Shown one piece after another: positions 49,328-57,378 of a DNA stretch of 64,000 bases. A program made the position numbers and the translations under genes. Source of the stretch: an uncultured Clostridia bacterium (GTDB lineage Bacteria > Bacillota > Clostridia > Christensenellales > CAG-917); assembly GCA_944363035.1 (NCBI GenBank), contig CALVTS010000004.1:601-64600 (forward strand), written 5' to 3'. Position 1 is the first letter of the stretch, and each line of letters opens with the position of its first letter. The notes beneath the pieces were generated by a model. The model ran no database searches. It saw only the letters and a program-made list of their open reading frames with translations, and was not told where the DNA came from.

Positions 49328-50605
49328 GTGAAAATTGCGGCGTTAGTATTGTTTTTTGTCACTTACGTGCTTTTGTTGGCGTTGCCGAAATTCAGGTCGT
49401 ACATCGCCGCGTTCGTGGGAGTCCTCTTCCTTTGCCTCAACATCCTGCCTTGGCAGGAATTTGCCACCGCGATAGACTGGAACGTGCTCATGATTATCGC
49501 GGGCACCATGGGCATAGTCGCCCTGTTCATAGAATCCAAGATGCCGGCTCTGCTTGCCGATCTGCTCATCGCGCGTATGCCCAACGTCAAGTGGGCGATC
49601 ATCGCTCTCTCTCTGTTCGCGGGATTGGTGAGCGCGTTCGTGGACAACGTGGCGACGGTGCTGATGGTCGCGCCCATCGCGCTCAGCCTCTCCAAAAAGC
49701 TGGATATATCTCCCGTGCCCGGCATCATCGCCATCGCCGTTGCGTCCAACTTGCAGGGCGCGGCGACCCTCGTCGGCGACACCACCTCCATAATGCTCGG
49801 GAGCGCCACGGGCATGAGCTTCATAGATTTCTTTGTGATGGACGGCAAGATGGGTATGTTCTGGATAGTCCAGATCGCCGCTCTCGCCGCCACCGTATAT
49901 CTCCTCTTCGTCTTCCGCAAGGACAAGCAGAAGATAGAGTACACCGAGCGCACCGAGGTCAAGGACTTCTTCCCCTCCTTTCTCCTCATCGCGATGCTCG
50001 CCCTCCTCATCGGCACCTCCTTTGTCGCCGACAAGCCCGATGTCACTCCCGGCATCATCTGCGTCGGTCTCATGGTCGTCGGCATGATATACACCGTCAT
50101 CCGCCGCAAGGACTTTTCGGGGGTCAAAAACACCCTGAAAGAGATAGATTTCAAGACCTTGCTCCTCCTTGCGGGGATATTCCTCATCATCGGAGGGCTG
50201 GATTCCGTCGGCATCATCGACGACATCGCCGATATCCTCGTCAAGGCGAGCGGCGGCAACATCTTCGCGTTGTACTCCCTCCTCGTGTGGGCGTCCGTGC
50301 TCGTCTCTGCTTTCATCGACAACATCCCCTACGTCGCCACGATGCTGCCCGTCATAGCGGGCATAGCCACAGGCATGGGATTGGGCGCGGGGGAGAGCAT
50401 GGTGCTCTATCTCGGTCTGCTCTCGGGCGCCACTCTCGGCGGCAATCTCACCCCCATCGGTGCCTCCGCCAACATCACCGCCACCGGCATCCTCCGCAAA
50501 GAAGGCTACGAAGTCAAGACCCTCCAATACATGAAGATCAGCGTCCCCTTCACTCTGATAGCCGTATTGGTGGGGTATGGGTTGGTGTGGCTCGTCTACT
50601 CCTAA
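49328..50605 (+). CDS. ArsB/NhaD-superfamily permease
   Basis: C-terminal part of track ORF 47603..50605. GTG at 49328, 8 nt after GGAGG, gives (M)KIAALVLFFVTYVLL. FVDNVATVLMVAPIA and NLQGAATLVGDTTSIMLG motifs. Confidence 0.75.
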   Translation: MKIAALVLFFVTYVLLLALPKFRSYIAAFVGVLFLCLNILPWQEFATAIDWNVLMIIAGTMGIVALFIESKMPALLADLLIARMPNVKWAIIALSLFAGLVSAFVDNVATVLMVAPIALSLSKKLDISPVPGIIAIAVASNLQGAATLVGDTTSIMLGSATGMSFIDFFVMDGKMGMFWIVQIAALAATVYLLFVFRKDKQKIEYTERTEVKDFFPSFLLIAMLALLIGTSFVADKPDVTPGIICVGLMVVGMIYTVIRRKDFSGVKNTLKEIDFKTLLLLAGIFLIIGGLDSVGIIDDIADILVKASGGNIFALYSLLVWASVLVSAFIDNIPYVATMLPVIAGIATGMGLGAGESMVLYLGLLSGATLGGNLTPIGASANITATGILRKEGYEVKTLQYMKISVPFTLIAVLVGYGLVWLVYS

Positions 50606-50727
50606 AACGCCGCCATTTTGTGTGATACTGCGTCAGACGCCCTGCCACGATTGCTCACGTACGGAAAGTACGCCGCGCACCCGTGGACAGGGCATCTTCC
50701 TTGTCTGACGCAAAATGGCGGCGTTTT
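50604..50727 (+). repeat. Module H1b: long hairpin starting inside the upstream stop codon
   Basis: Perfect 17-nt arms AAAACGCCGCCATTTTG (50604-50620) and CAAAATGGCGGCGTTTT (50711-50727). Second tier GCGTCAGAC/GTCTGACGC. Interior unrelated to H1a. Confidence 0.7.
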
Positions 50728-50857
50728 CACCATACGAGCGTTTGGGCGAGGATATCTCCCAACCCATCGTACCATTGTTCGGTGTGTGCTTGAACTTCAC
50801 GTACACTTATTCGGAGTGTATTTTAATCTCACAAATACCCATTCGGAGACGGAACTA

Positions 50858-50915
50858 CGCGCCGCTCAGCCAAGCGTTCACAGGCGGCGTGCCGCCTCTT
50901 GAACGCCGCGGCGCG
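50858..50915 (+). other. Module M copy 3: three-tier hairpin
   Basis: CGCGCCGC-tcagccaa-GCGTTCA-ca-GGCGGC-gt-GCCGCC-tct-TGAACGC-c-GCGGCGCG. Confidence 0.7.
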
Positions 50916-51314
50916 CCCCCTGAGTGCCGAGCAACGCCGTAAACCTAAAAAGACACGGGCTTTAACTTGCGAGCGCCGAATTCCTCCTCCCGTGCCGGGC
51001 TTTCAGCAAGTGCAGGTCTCCGCTTGATTATGTGAGTGCGATATAAAAAACTTTTGTAGGAATGCGAAGTCAGTCCCGCATGATGCGGGGACTGAACTCG
51101 TTCGGACACGGGGGAGGAAAGCCCGCAGGGAAGGAGGGGGAGCCAACATTCACCCGCGAGACGTATAGCATGAGAGAGCGTGCTTGAACACGACGAATAA
51201 GTGTGTGTGGGATTCAGGCACACTTCGAATAAGTGCATGTGGGAGTCAAACACACCCCGAATGAGTATACGTGGGGTTCAAACGAGCACCGAAAGAGTGT
51301 GCGGCGTGCCCAAA

Positions 51315-51367
51315 CTAATTTAATGGAGTTTACGTCCCCTAACATGGAAGTATTGTACCCCCTCCTC
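51315..51367 (-). repeat. Module T copy 4 (inverted relative to copy 1)
   Basis: Minus strand: GAGGAGGGGGTACAATACTTCCATGTTAGGGGACGTAAACTCCATTAAATTAG. Confidence 0.7.
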
Positions 51368-51514
51368 ACTATACCCCACAAAATCACCTTTGGTGATGTT
51401 TGCGGAGACCTCGGACGCGCCGCTCAGCCAAGCGTGGTTTCATCTTCGAATGAGTGTGCGTTGAGTTCAAAGCAAAAGGAGCTCCGCTCTGTGCGAAAGT
51501 CCTTTTTTGCTTGC

Positions 51515-51541
51515 AAAAAAGCCGCTCTTTCGAGCGGCTTT
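51515..51541. terminator. Bidirectional intrinsic terminator (serves the minus-strand MFS gene)
   Basis: AAAAAA-GCCGCTC-tttc-GAGCGGC-TTT. Confidence 0.75.
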
Positions 51542-51560
51542 CGTGCTTTTGCGGGGGAGA

Positions 51561-53633
51561 TCAGTTGTCCAGCGATTCGAGGCGGATCTGTCTCTTTTCC
51601 TCTTTGGTGAGTTTCTTGCCCTTTCCGATGGGCTTGCTGTCGCCGTGCTTGACGAAGAGCATGAGCACTATGGAGAGGAACACGAATATCGCGCTGTAAA
51701 CGAACAGACCTTTGCTTGAGATGTTGTCCATGACCATGCCCGCGAACATGGGGGTGACCGCCTGGGCGGACATGGTGGCGACGTAGTAGTAGCCGGTGTA
51801 CTGACCCACCGTGGAATCGGTGGAGAGCTCCACCACCATGGGGAGGGTGTTGACGTTGATGATGATGAGCCCGAAGCCGGAGACGAGATAGAAGAGCGCG
51901 AAGAGCGCGGCGGGCACCATCTCGTTGGAGTCGGGTTTGACGACGATGAAGATGAGCAGGAAGCTCACCACCGCAAGGGCGAGACCTATCATGATGGTCT
52001 TGCGTCTGCCGAGCTTTGCCGCCATATATCCCACGGGGATGAACGCGATGGCGCTGAAGCCCATGCTGACGCCCGAGATGATGGACGCGATGCCCGCGTC
52101 AAGTCCCAGCGTCTTGGTGGTGTAGATGGAGAGGTTGCTGGACACCGCGTTGTAGCCCATGAACCACATGAATATGGAGCCGAGGATGAGCAGGAAGCTG
52201 ACAAAGCGGGACCTTTCCTCCTTGGACTTATCATTCCACCAATCCTTGGGAGTACGGTGTTTTTTGCCGCTGCTCTCCGAGACGATGAAGGGCTCGGGGG
52301 CGAGGAAGGGGTCTTCCTCCGCCACGGCGGCCGCTCCGTGCATGGGACGCATGGCCGCGTCGCAGTCCACGACGCTCTCGTCGGGAGAGACCGCGATGGC
52401 TTCCGTCTCCTCGTCGTCATCCGTGATGCCGTATTCTTCGCAGATCTCGTGGCAACGCTTGACCATCTTCTTTTCGCGCACGAGCGCGAGGAATCCCGCA
52501 AGCAACAAGAGCATCCCTGCCGCGACGGAGGAGAAGATGATGACGTAATTTTCCAGCCTCTCGCCGAAGAGCACGACGGTGTAGATGAGGAAGGCTATCG
52601 CGCCGCCCACGCCGCCGCAGAGGTTGATGACCGCATTGCCCTGAGAGCGCAGGGGCTTGGGAGTGACATCGGGCATGAGCGCGACGGCAGGGGAGCGGAA
52701 GGTCGCCATCGCGATGAGCACCAGAAGGAGGATGACCATATATACGGCTATGCTGGCGTGCCCTTCGGGGGTGTCGGTGACATTCACGTAGACCTGCTCG
52801 CTTATCCAGGTGTTCATGCCGGTGTCCACGTATTTGTTGTAATTGTCGTTGCCCGTCTTGATGTCGGCAAAGGTGATCTTGCCGTCGCCGTTCCAGTCAT
52901 AGCCGCCGGCTTCTTCGGGGACGACGTCCTCCAGAGCGACCTCCTCGCCTTTATAGGTGTAGGTCTCGGCGCCAAGCATACCGAGTATGGCTTTTGTGGC
53001 TTTGAAGTCGCCGTTGTAGCGGATCTCGAGGTATTCCTCGGCAGTTATGCCCTGACCTTCGTTGAGGTATTCGCCGAGGACGTAACCCTTGTCGCAGTAA
53101 TTGAGGTCGTTGCTGTTCCAGAAATACTCCAACCTTTCGGACATGAAAGCGTCGTCATTGAGCTGAGCGGTGAATTTCGCCTCGATGTTCATCGCTTTTT
53201 CCTGTTGACCTAGGGTGGAGATGGGGACGAATATCATCAGCACGACGGACGCCAGAGTGCCGATCACGATGAAAGGCGTGCGTCTGCCGAATTTGCGCAC
53301 CAATCTGCCGTGCGCGTTGTCCGAGAGTTTGCCGAAGAGGGGCAACATGAAGAGGGAGAGCAGATTGTCCAATCCCATGATGAGCCCTCGGATGGTGTTG
53401 TTCAGACCGTAAGCGTGTTCCAGAAGCAGAGGCACCACAAAGTCGTATGCCGTCCAGAAGATCATGATGATGGCGAATGCGAAACCGACTTTGAATGTCT
53501 GAGCGTAATCCAGCCTCAGCGGTTTTTTCGGAGCATCGTCTCCGCCGCCCTCCGTGACGAGATCGGGCTGCAAAGCGCCCTCGTCGGCGGCAAGCTCCGC
53601 GCTGTCCGCGACGCCGTTGAGTTTGTCGTCCAT
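51561..53633 (-). CDS. MFS/GPH-type transporter (690 aa) with two large loop insertions
   Basis: AAGGAGG RBS. MFS_2-like N-terminus (GLDNLLSLFMLPLFGKLSD..GRRTPFI). ~150-aa extracytoplasmic insert containing DWNGDGKITFAD. ~100-aa acidic central loop. Confidence 0.75.
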   Translation of the reverse strand: MDDKLNGVADSAELAADEGALQPDLVTEGGGDDAPKKPLRLDYAQTFKVGFAFAIIMIFWTAYDFVVPLLLEHAYGLNNTIRGLIMGLDNLLSLFMLPLFGKLSDNAHGRLVRKFGRRTPFIVIGTLASVVLMIFVPISTLGQQEKAMNIEAKFTAQLNDDAFMSERLEYFWNSNDLNYCDKGYVLGEYLNEGQGITAEEYLEIRYNGDFKATKAILGMLGAETYTYKGEEVALEDVVPEEAGGYDWNGDGKITFADIKTGNDNYNKYVDTGMNTWISEQVYVNVTDTPEGHASIAVYMVILLLVLIAMATFRSPAVALMPDVTPKPLRSQGNAVINLCGGVGGAIAFLIYTVVLFGERLENYVIIFSSVAAGMLLLLAGFLALVREKKMVKRCHEICEEYGITDDDEETEAIAVSPDESVVDCDAAMRPMHGAAAVAEEDPFLAPEPFIVSESSGKKHRTPKDWWNDKSKEERSRFVSFLLILGSIFMWFMGYNAVSSNLSIYTTKTLGLDAGIASIISGVSMGFSAIAFIPVGYMAAKLGRRKTIMIGLALAVVSFLLIFIVVKPDSNEMVPAALFALFYLVSGFGLIIINVNTLPMVVELSTDSTVGQYTGYYYVATMSAQAVTPMFAGMVMDNISSKGLFVYSAIFVFLSIVLMLFVKHGDSKPIGKGKKLTKEEKRQIRLESLDN

Positions 53634-53708
53634 AGATATCCTCCTTACCTGCGGCGCGCCTCGTCTCGGAAAACAGACAAAAAAGCGACGCGCGTATCAT
53701 ATGTGAAC

Positions 53709-53737
53709 ATTATACAGTAGATACACTTGTCTGTAAA
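53709..53737 (-). promoter_or_regulatory. Sigma-A-type promoter for the MFS gene
   Basis: Minus strand TTTACA, 17 nt, TATAAT. Confidence 0.6.
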
Positions 53738-53778
53738 GACTTTAACTTTTTCCCGAAGCCAAAATTAAAGATAATACG

Positions 53779-53812
53779 AAAAAAAACGCCCCGCGTCTGC
53801 GGAGCGTTTTTT
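53779..53812 (-). terminator. Intrinsic terminator after the zinc-ribbon membrane protein gene
   Basis: Minus strand CGCTCCGC-agac-GCGGGGCG followed by a T-run. Confidence 0.7.
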
Positions 53813-53824
53813 GACCTGTTACGT

Positions 53825-54694
53825 TCATGCGTGTTTCTTTTTCAGGCTCTTCAGGAAGATGAGGGAGAAGAACACGTGCAAGAGCCCTATCACCGCGGGA
53901 GCCAGAAGCAGGAATCTCATCCCGTTGATCACATATTCCATGAAGTATCCGCCTATGCCGCCCTCAAATTCCCAACCCAACAGGATGGGCCGGAAGAGGA
54001 TGCACAGAGACACCGCGAGCAGTCCGAGCGCCAGGATGAGATGTATCAGCCTGGGGTACTTCTTCACGATGAAGCCTATGAGCGCGAGCGCCGCGACGAC
54101 CAAAGTGAGAAGGAAGAAGATGATGGGCAACACCTCGAGCAGACCGTCGGCAACGCTTTCCTCGAAAACGGCTTTGAGATATTCCGCAGATCCGGTTTCC
54201 TCGTCGGCGAGAGTCTCGAGCATCCCGACGCCGTCAAAGGAGCCGAGGGCGAAGAGGAAGTCGCCTGCGGTGAGTTCCTCGGCGTTTTCGCCAAAGACGT
54301 CTTCAAGCGTACCGCCGCCCTGGTCGGCATAAAAATGACCGAGCAACGAGCAAACCAAAAGCAGAGCGGCGAAGATGAAGATCATCACGTTCCTGCTCCT
54401 GCCGGATTTCTTGGCGGGGCGTGCGACAGCCGCGCTCTGTTCCGCCGCGGTCGCGGGGACTGCGACAGCCGCGCCCGCGTTGTAGACGGGTTCGGAGGGA
54501 GCGGCATAGGGATTTGCGGGAGTGAAGGTGGGTTGCACCTGCGCGATGGAGGTGGGATTCGGCAACTTCACGCCGATCGTCACGCCGCAGCTCGGGCACT
54601 TGATCCTGTGCTTGTAGCCGTCGGGCAGATTTGCTGCGTTGGCAGGAGGCTGAAAACAGATTTCGGCTCTGCAACTCGGACATCTGGTGTACAT
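53825..54694 (-). CDS. Zinc-ribbon (MJ0042-type) N-terminal domain fused to a ~4-TM membrane domain (unknown function)
   Basis: MYTRCPSCRAEICF...KCPSCGVTIGVKLP, Pro/Ala-rich linker, then hydrophobic segments. AAGGAG RBS. Confidence 0.7.
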   Translation of the reverse strand: MYTRCPSCRAEICFQPPANAANLPDGYKHRIKCPSCGVTIGVKLPNPTSIAQVQPTFTPANPYAAPSEPVYNAGAAVAVPATAAEQSAAVARPAKKSGRSRNVMIFIFAALLLVCSLLGHFYADQGGGTLEDVFGENAEELTAGDFLFALGSFDGVGMLETLADEETGSAEYLKAVFEESVADGLLEVLPIIFFLLTLVVAALALIGFIVKKYPRLIHLILALGLLAVSLCILFRPILLGWEFEGGIGGYFMEYVINGMRFLLLAPAVIGLLHVFFSLIFLKSLKKKHA

Positions 54695-54790
54695 AGCTTT
54701 CTCCTTTCAAAGATATTATACACGCACATTATAAATGGATATGCGGATAAAGTCAAATGCAATCCGTTTTATTTTCAGGCGCTTTTCATG

Positions 54791-54819
54791 TTGCAACACA
54801 TGGTCGGATATGATACAAT
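54791..54819 (+). promoter_or_regulatory. Sigma-A-type promoter driving the cobalamin riboswitch
   Basis: TTGCAA (54791-54796), 17 nt, TACAAT (54814-54819). Confidence 0.65.
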
Positions 54820-54825
54820 CCACTT

Positions 54826-55045
54826 GCCTCGGGTGCGGCGAAAGCCGATAAACGGGAAGTCGGGTGAAGATCCCGCACAGCCCCCGCTACTGTAAGGTGA
54901 AACGGAGCACGCCATTCCTGTATGCAGGGAGAAGGCGCCGCGGCGCGAGCCGACCGAAGTCAGGAGACCGGCCCGAGAGCGTCAAGCAGTTGTTTCGGTG
55001 GGAGACGACGGCGTGTTTCGCCTTGCCTTCCGCAGAAAACGGGAG
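54826..55045 (+). promoter_or_regulatory. Cobalamin (B12) riboswitch
   Basis: Core GGGAAGTCGGGTGAAGATCCCGCACAGCCCCCGCTACTGTAA and B12 box GAAGTCAGGAGACCGGCC. CCTCGGG...CCCGAG closing pair. Expression platform runs into the GGGAGG RBS. Confidence 0.85.
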
Positions 55046-55053
55046 GTTTTTTT

Positions 55054-55506
55054 ATGAAACGTACGCTCAACGGCAAGTGCATCGCGATCGCGCTCGTCCT
55101 GCTTTTCGCGCTCTTCGGCGCATTGGCGTTTGTCGCCTGCGACGCCCCGGACGGCGACGAGAGGGGGGAGCTTTCCTCCGTCACGCTCATTCTGGGGGAC
55201 GGGGAGGCGGTCTCCTTCGAGACGGACGCGAAATATCTTTACGGCGCGCTCTCGGACTATTGCGATGACCACGGGCTCGTCCTGGAAGGGGAGGAGAGCG
55301 AATACGGGTTTTTCCTCACCCGCGTAGGCGACCTCGTGCAGGGTGAGGGCAGATACATCATGGTGTATCACGACATCGACGACGTCGCGCTCATCACCCC
55401 CGGCTACGACCGCGAACAGGGCGGGAAGGTCTTTCATTCCTCCGCGCAGGGAGTCTCATCCCTGCCTGTCATGGACGGAGCCTCTTATCTGATAGTTTTG
55501 CAATAA
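55054..55506 (+). CDS. DUF4430-like secreted lipoprotein (transcobalamin-like fold family), B12-riboswitch controlled
   Basis: MKRTLNGKCIAIALVLLFALFGALAFVAC lipobox. ~150 aa. First gene after the riboswitch. Confidence 0.65.
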   Translation: MKRTLNGKCIAIALVLLFALFGALAFVACDAPDGDERGELSSVTLILGDGEAVSFETDAKYLYGALSDYCDDHGLVLEGEESEYGFFLTRVGDLVQGEGRYIMVYHDIDDVALITPGYDREQGGKVFHSSAQGVSSLPVMDGASYLIVLQ

Positions 55507-55530
55507 AAGCTGTTTTTATGTCGATATCGT

Positions 55531-56163
55531 ATGTCTGAACCGCTGTTTTCGCAAAAAATCCCCGAAAACGAGAGCGTGTCCTCTGAGAGGGCGCGCGTCT
55601 CGTCGGCGGGGAAAGGCAGGCTCGCGGCGGCGTATGTGGCGAGAGTGGCGGTGATGTCCGCGATGCTCACCGCGCTCAAATTCGCGCTGTCCTTCGTCCC
55701 CAACGTGGAGGTGGTCACCCTGCTCGTCATGGTGTACGCCGCGGCGTTCGGGGCGGCTTACGCCCTGCCCGCGACGGTGATCTTCTGCGCCGTGGAGACC
55801 GCGATATACGGCGCGGGGAGCTGGGTCGTCCTCTACTTCGTCTACTGGCCATTGCTCGCCCTGTTGTCCTGCTTGGCGTTCGGCAAGCTCCGCAGGCTCT
55901 CTCTTTGGCTCTCGCCCGCGGCGGCGGCGTTCGCGGCGGTGATGTCCGCGTTCTTCGGGGTGCTCTCGGCTTGTTGCGATACGCTGTACGTTGCCGTGGG
56001 GTTCCCGGGGTTGGATCTTGCGGCGTATTGGACGGCGTACTATCTCAGAGGGCTGGCGTTCGACGGGGTGCACATCCTCTCCAACGCGATAGTGGTCGGC
56101 GTGCTCTTTCTCCCTCTGCTTTCGGCGGGCAGGCGGATAAGGAGGGGGAGCGCGCGCGTCTGA
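55531..56163 (+). CDS. Putative ECF-transporter S component (CbrT-like by context)
   Basis: 210 aa, ~6 TM, small hydrophobic protein in a B12-riboswitch operon. An ecfA1A2T module is present at 25021-27573. Confidence 0.55.
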   Translation: MSEPLFSQKIPENESVSSERARVSSAGKGRLAAAYVARVAVMSAMLTALKFALSFVPNVEVVTLLVMVYAAAFGAAYALPATVIFCAVETAIYGAGSWVVLYFVYWPLLALLSCLAFGKLRRLSLWLSPAAAAFAAVMSAFFGVLSACCDTLYVAVGFPGLDLAAYWTAYYLRGLAFDGVHILSNAIVVGVLFLPLLSAGRRIRRGSARV

Positions 56164-56315
56164 GAGACGCGTCTTTTTTTCGGCTTTTTCCGTCAATATC
56201 CGCACGGCTCCCCGAAAAGTGTCGTCAAATCGCAACTTTTGGAGTCTTCGGACCTCTTTTGTCGTTTGTGTGAAACCCCTGTTGCAAGGTGATAGTATTT
56301 TGCGCGGAGGTAGTT

Positions 56316-56648
56316 ATGGCAAACATCAGACATCCCGATTGCGCGATAAGAAGTCTGGCGTCCGAAGCCAAGCGAAGACTGCGCGAGGGCGCTTATCAAA
56401 AGGAACTCGGCGGCGCTTTCCCGTACGGCGCGAGCCCCGCTCAGAAGAGGCTGTACATAAGGCTCAAAGAGCTTTTGGACAAGGGAGAGGAAGTGGTCAA
56501 TCCCATCCGTCAGCTCGCCGACGAGGAACTGCTTTCCCGCCTTTCCCACGCCGACAAACAACGCTACGTTTTCCAGCTCGCCGCGGATTACACCGCGATG
56601 AAGAGGGAATTGGACCATCGTCTTGCGACGGCGAGGGGGGAGCTGTGA
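56316..56648 (+). CDS. Hypothetical protein (110 aa)
   Basis: ATG at 56316 after GGAGG. Helical, charged. 3' end overlaps the convergent yabQ ORF. Confidence 0.45.
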   Translation: MANIRHPDCAIRSLASEAKRRLREGAYQKELGGAFPYGASPAQKRLYIRLKELLDKGEEVVNPIRQLADEELLSRLSHADKQRYVFQLAADYTAMKRELDHRLATARGEL

Positions 56649-56997
56649 ACCTTTTTGCGGCTTTCGAGAGGCGGGAGAGGAGAGAATCTTCCCTTTCGAG
56701 TTTTTTCGCGAGCTTTTCGGAGGCGAGCGCGGCGAGCCGCGAAAGGATATCCCTCACGATGAGAAGAGAGATAAGGAATGCGACGGCGCAGTAGAGCGCG
56801 GGTCTTCCGTTTGAGCCTGTTTCGGCAGAGAGCAGGAAGAGCAGGGTCACCGCCACGGTCGCGAAAAGATCCGCCGCGAAGCGGTGCAGGGGAGGGAGTT
56901 TTTTGACCGAGTAAAGGAAGGTGAGAGGCGCCGCCGCCCCTCCGAATCCCGCGGCAACGAGCGCGGCGAACAATTGCGCTCCCACCGACGCGGTCAT
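56497..56997 (-). CDS. yabQ: Spore cortex biosynthesis protein YabQ-like membrane protein
   Basis: ATGA overlap with the yabP stop. Three hydrophobic segments then a charged region. The last ~50 aa (Pro/Arg/Ser-rich) are of doubtful reality. Confidence 0.6.
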   Translation of the reverse strand: MTASVGAQLFAALVAAGFGGAAAPLTFLYSVKKLPPLHRFAADLFATVAVTLLFLLSAETGSNGRPALYCAVAFLISLLIVRDILSRLAALASEKLAKKLEREDSLLSRLSKAAKRFTAPPSPSQDDGPIPSSSRCNPRRAGKRSVVCRRGKGGKAVPRRRADGWD

Positions 56998-57272
56998 TTG
57001 AAGATGCGTTTTATCACGGAAGAGGGCTTCGCGCCCGTGGAATAGCGCATAGCGGTGACATATCCCGCCGCGCTCAGTCTGCCGCTGTCGAGGTCCAGCC
57101 CCTTGACCGCGAGGTCGTGTCCCGCGACGGCGAGGGTCTCCCCCTCGAGTTCTATCTCTATGAGCTTGTCCGTAAAAGTCGGGACGGCTTTCACTCCCGT
57201 GACGGTGAGGAGTCTGTGCTCGCTGAGTTGCAGGGAATGCGGCGAAGTTTTTTTGTTTGCGGCGTCGGACAT
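56994..57272 (-). CDS. yabP: Sporulation protein YabP
   Basis: 92 aa. LQLSEHRLLTVTGVKAVPTFTDKLIEIELEGETLAVAGHDL matches the YabP pattern. AAGGAG RBS. Confidence 0.8.
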   Translation of the reverse strand: MSDAANKKTSPHSLQLSEHRLLTVTGVKAVPTFTDKLIEIELEGETLAVAGHDLAVKGLDLDSGRLSAAGYVTAMRYSTGAKPSSVIKRIFK

Positions 57273-57378
57273 ACGGATCTCCTTGGACGTGATACTGTTC
57301 AGTTATATGCCGCGCCCTCCTCTCTCATTCGCGCCGAGAGGGGATTCGATTGACAATCCTTCCGAAAAATAATAGAAT

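Larger units (their letters stand above)
50604..51480. repeat. Locus R2: second ORF-free modular repeat region of the same family as R1
   Basis: Shares H1 arms, the 45-nt post-hairpin block, sub-repeats, module M, the 23-mer TCCGCTTGATTATGTGAGTGCGA and module T with R1. Confidence 0.8.

Noticed and set aside
51327-51351. dif/Xer-like site inside module T (ACTTCC...GTAAACT ends as in Firmicutes dif)
   Set aside because: The spacing is 25 nt rather than 28, the centre is GC-rich rather than AT-rich, and the best-conserved partner copy (45178-45230) has ATTACC instead of ACTTCC. I kept only the weaker statement that T modules could be recombination sites.
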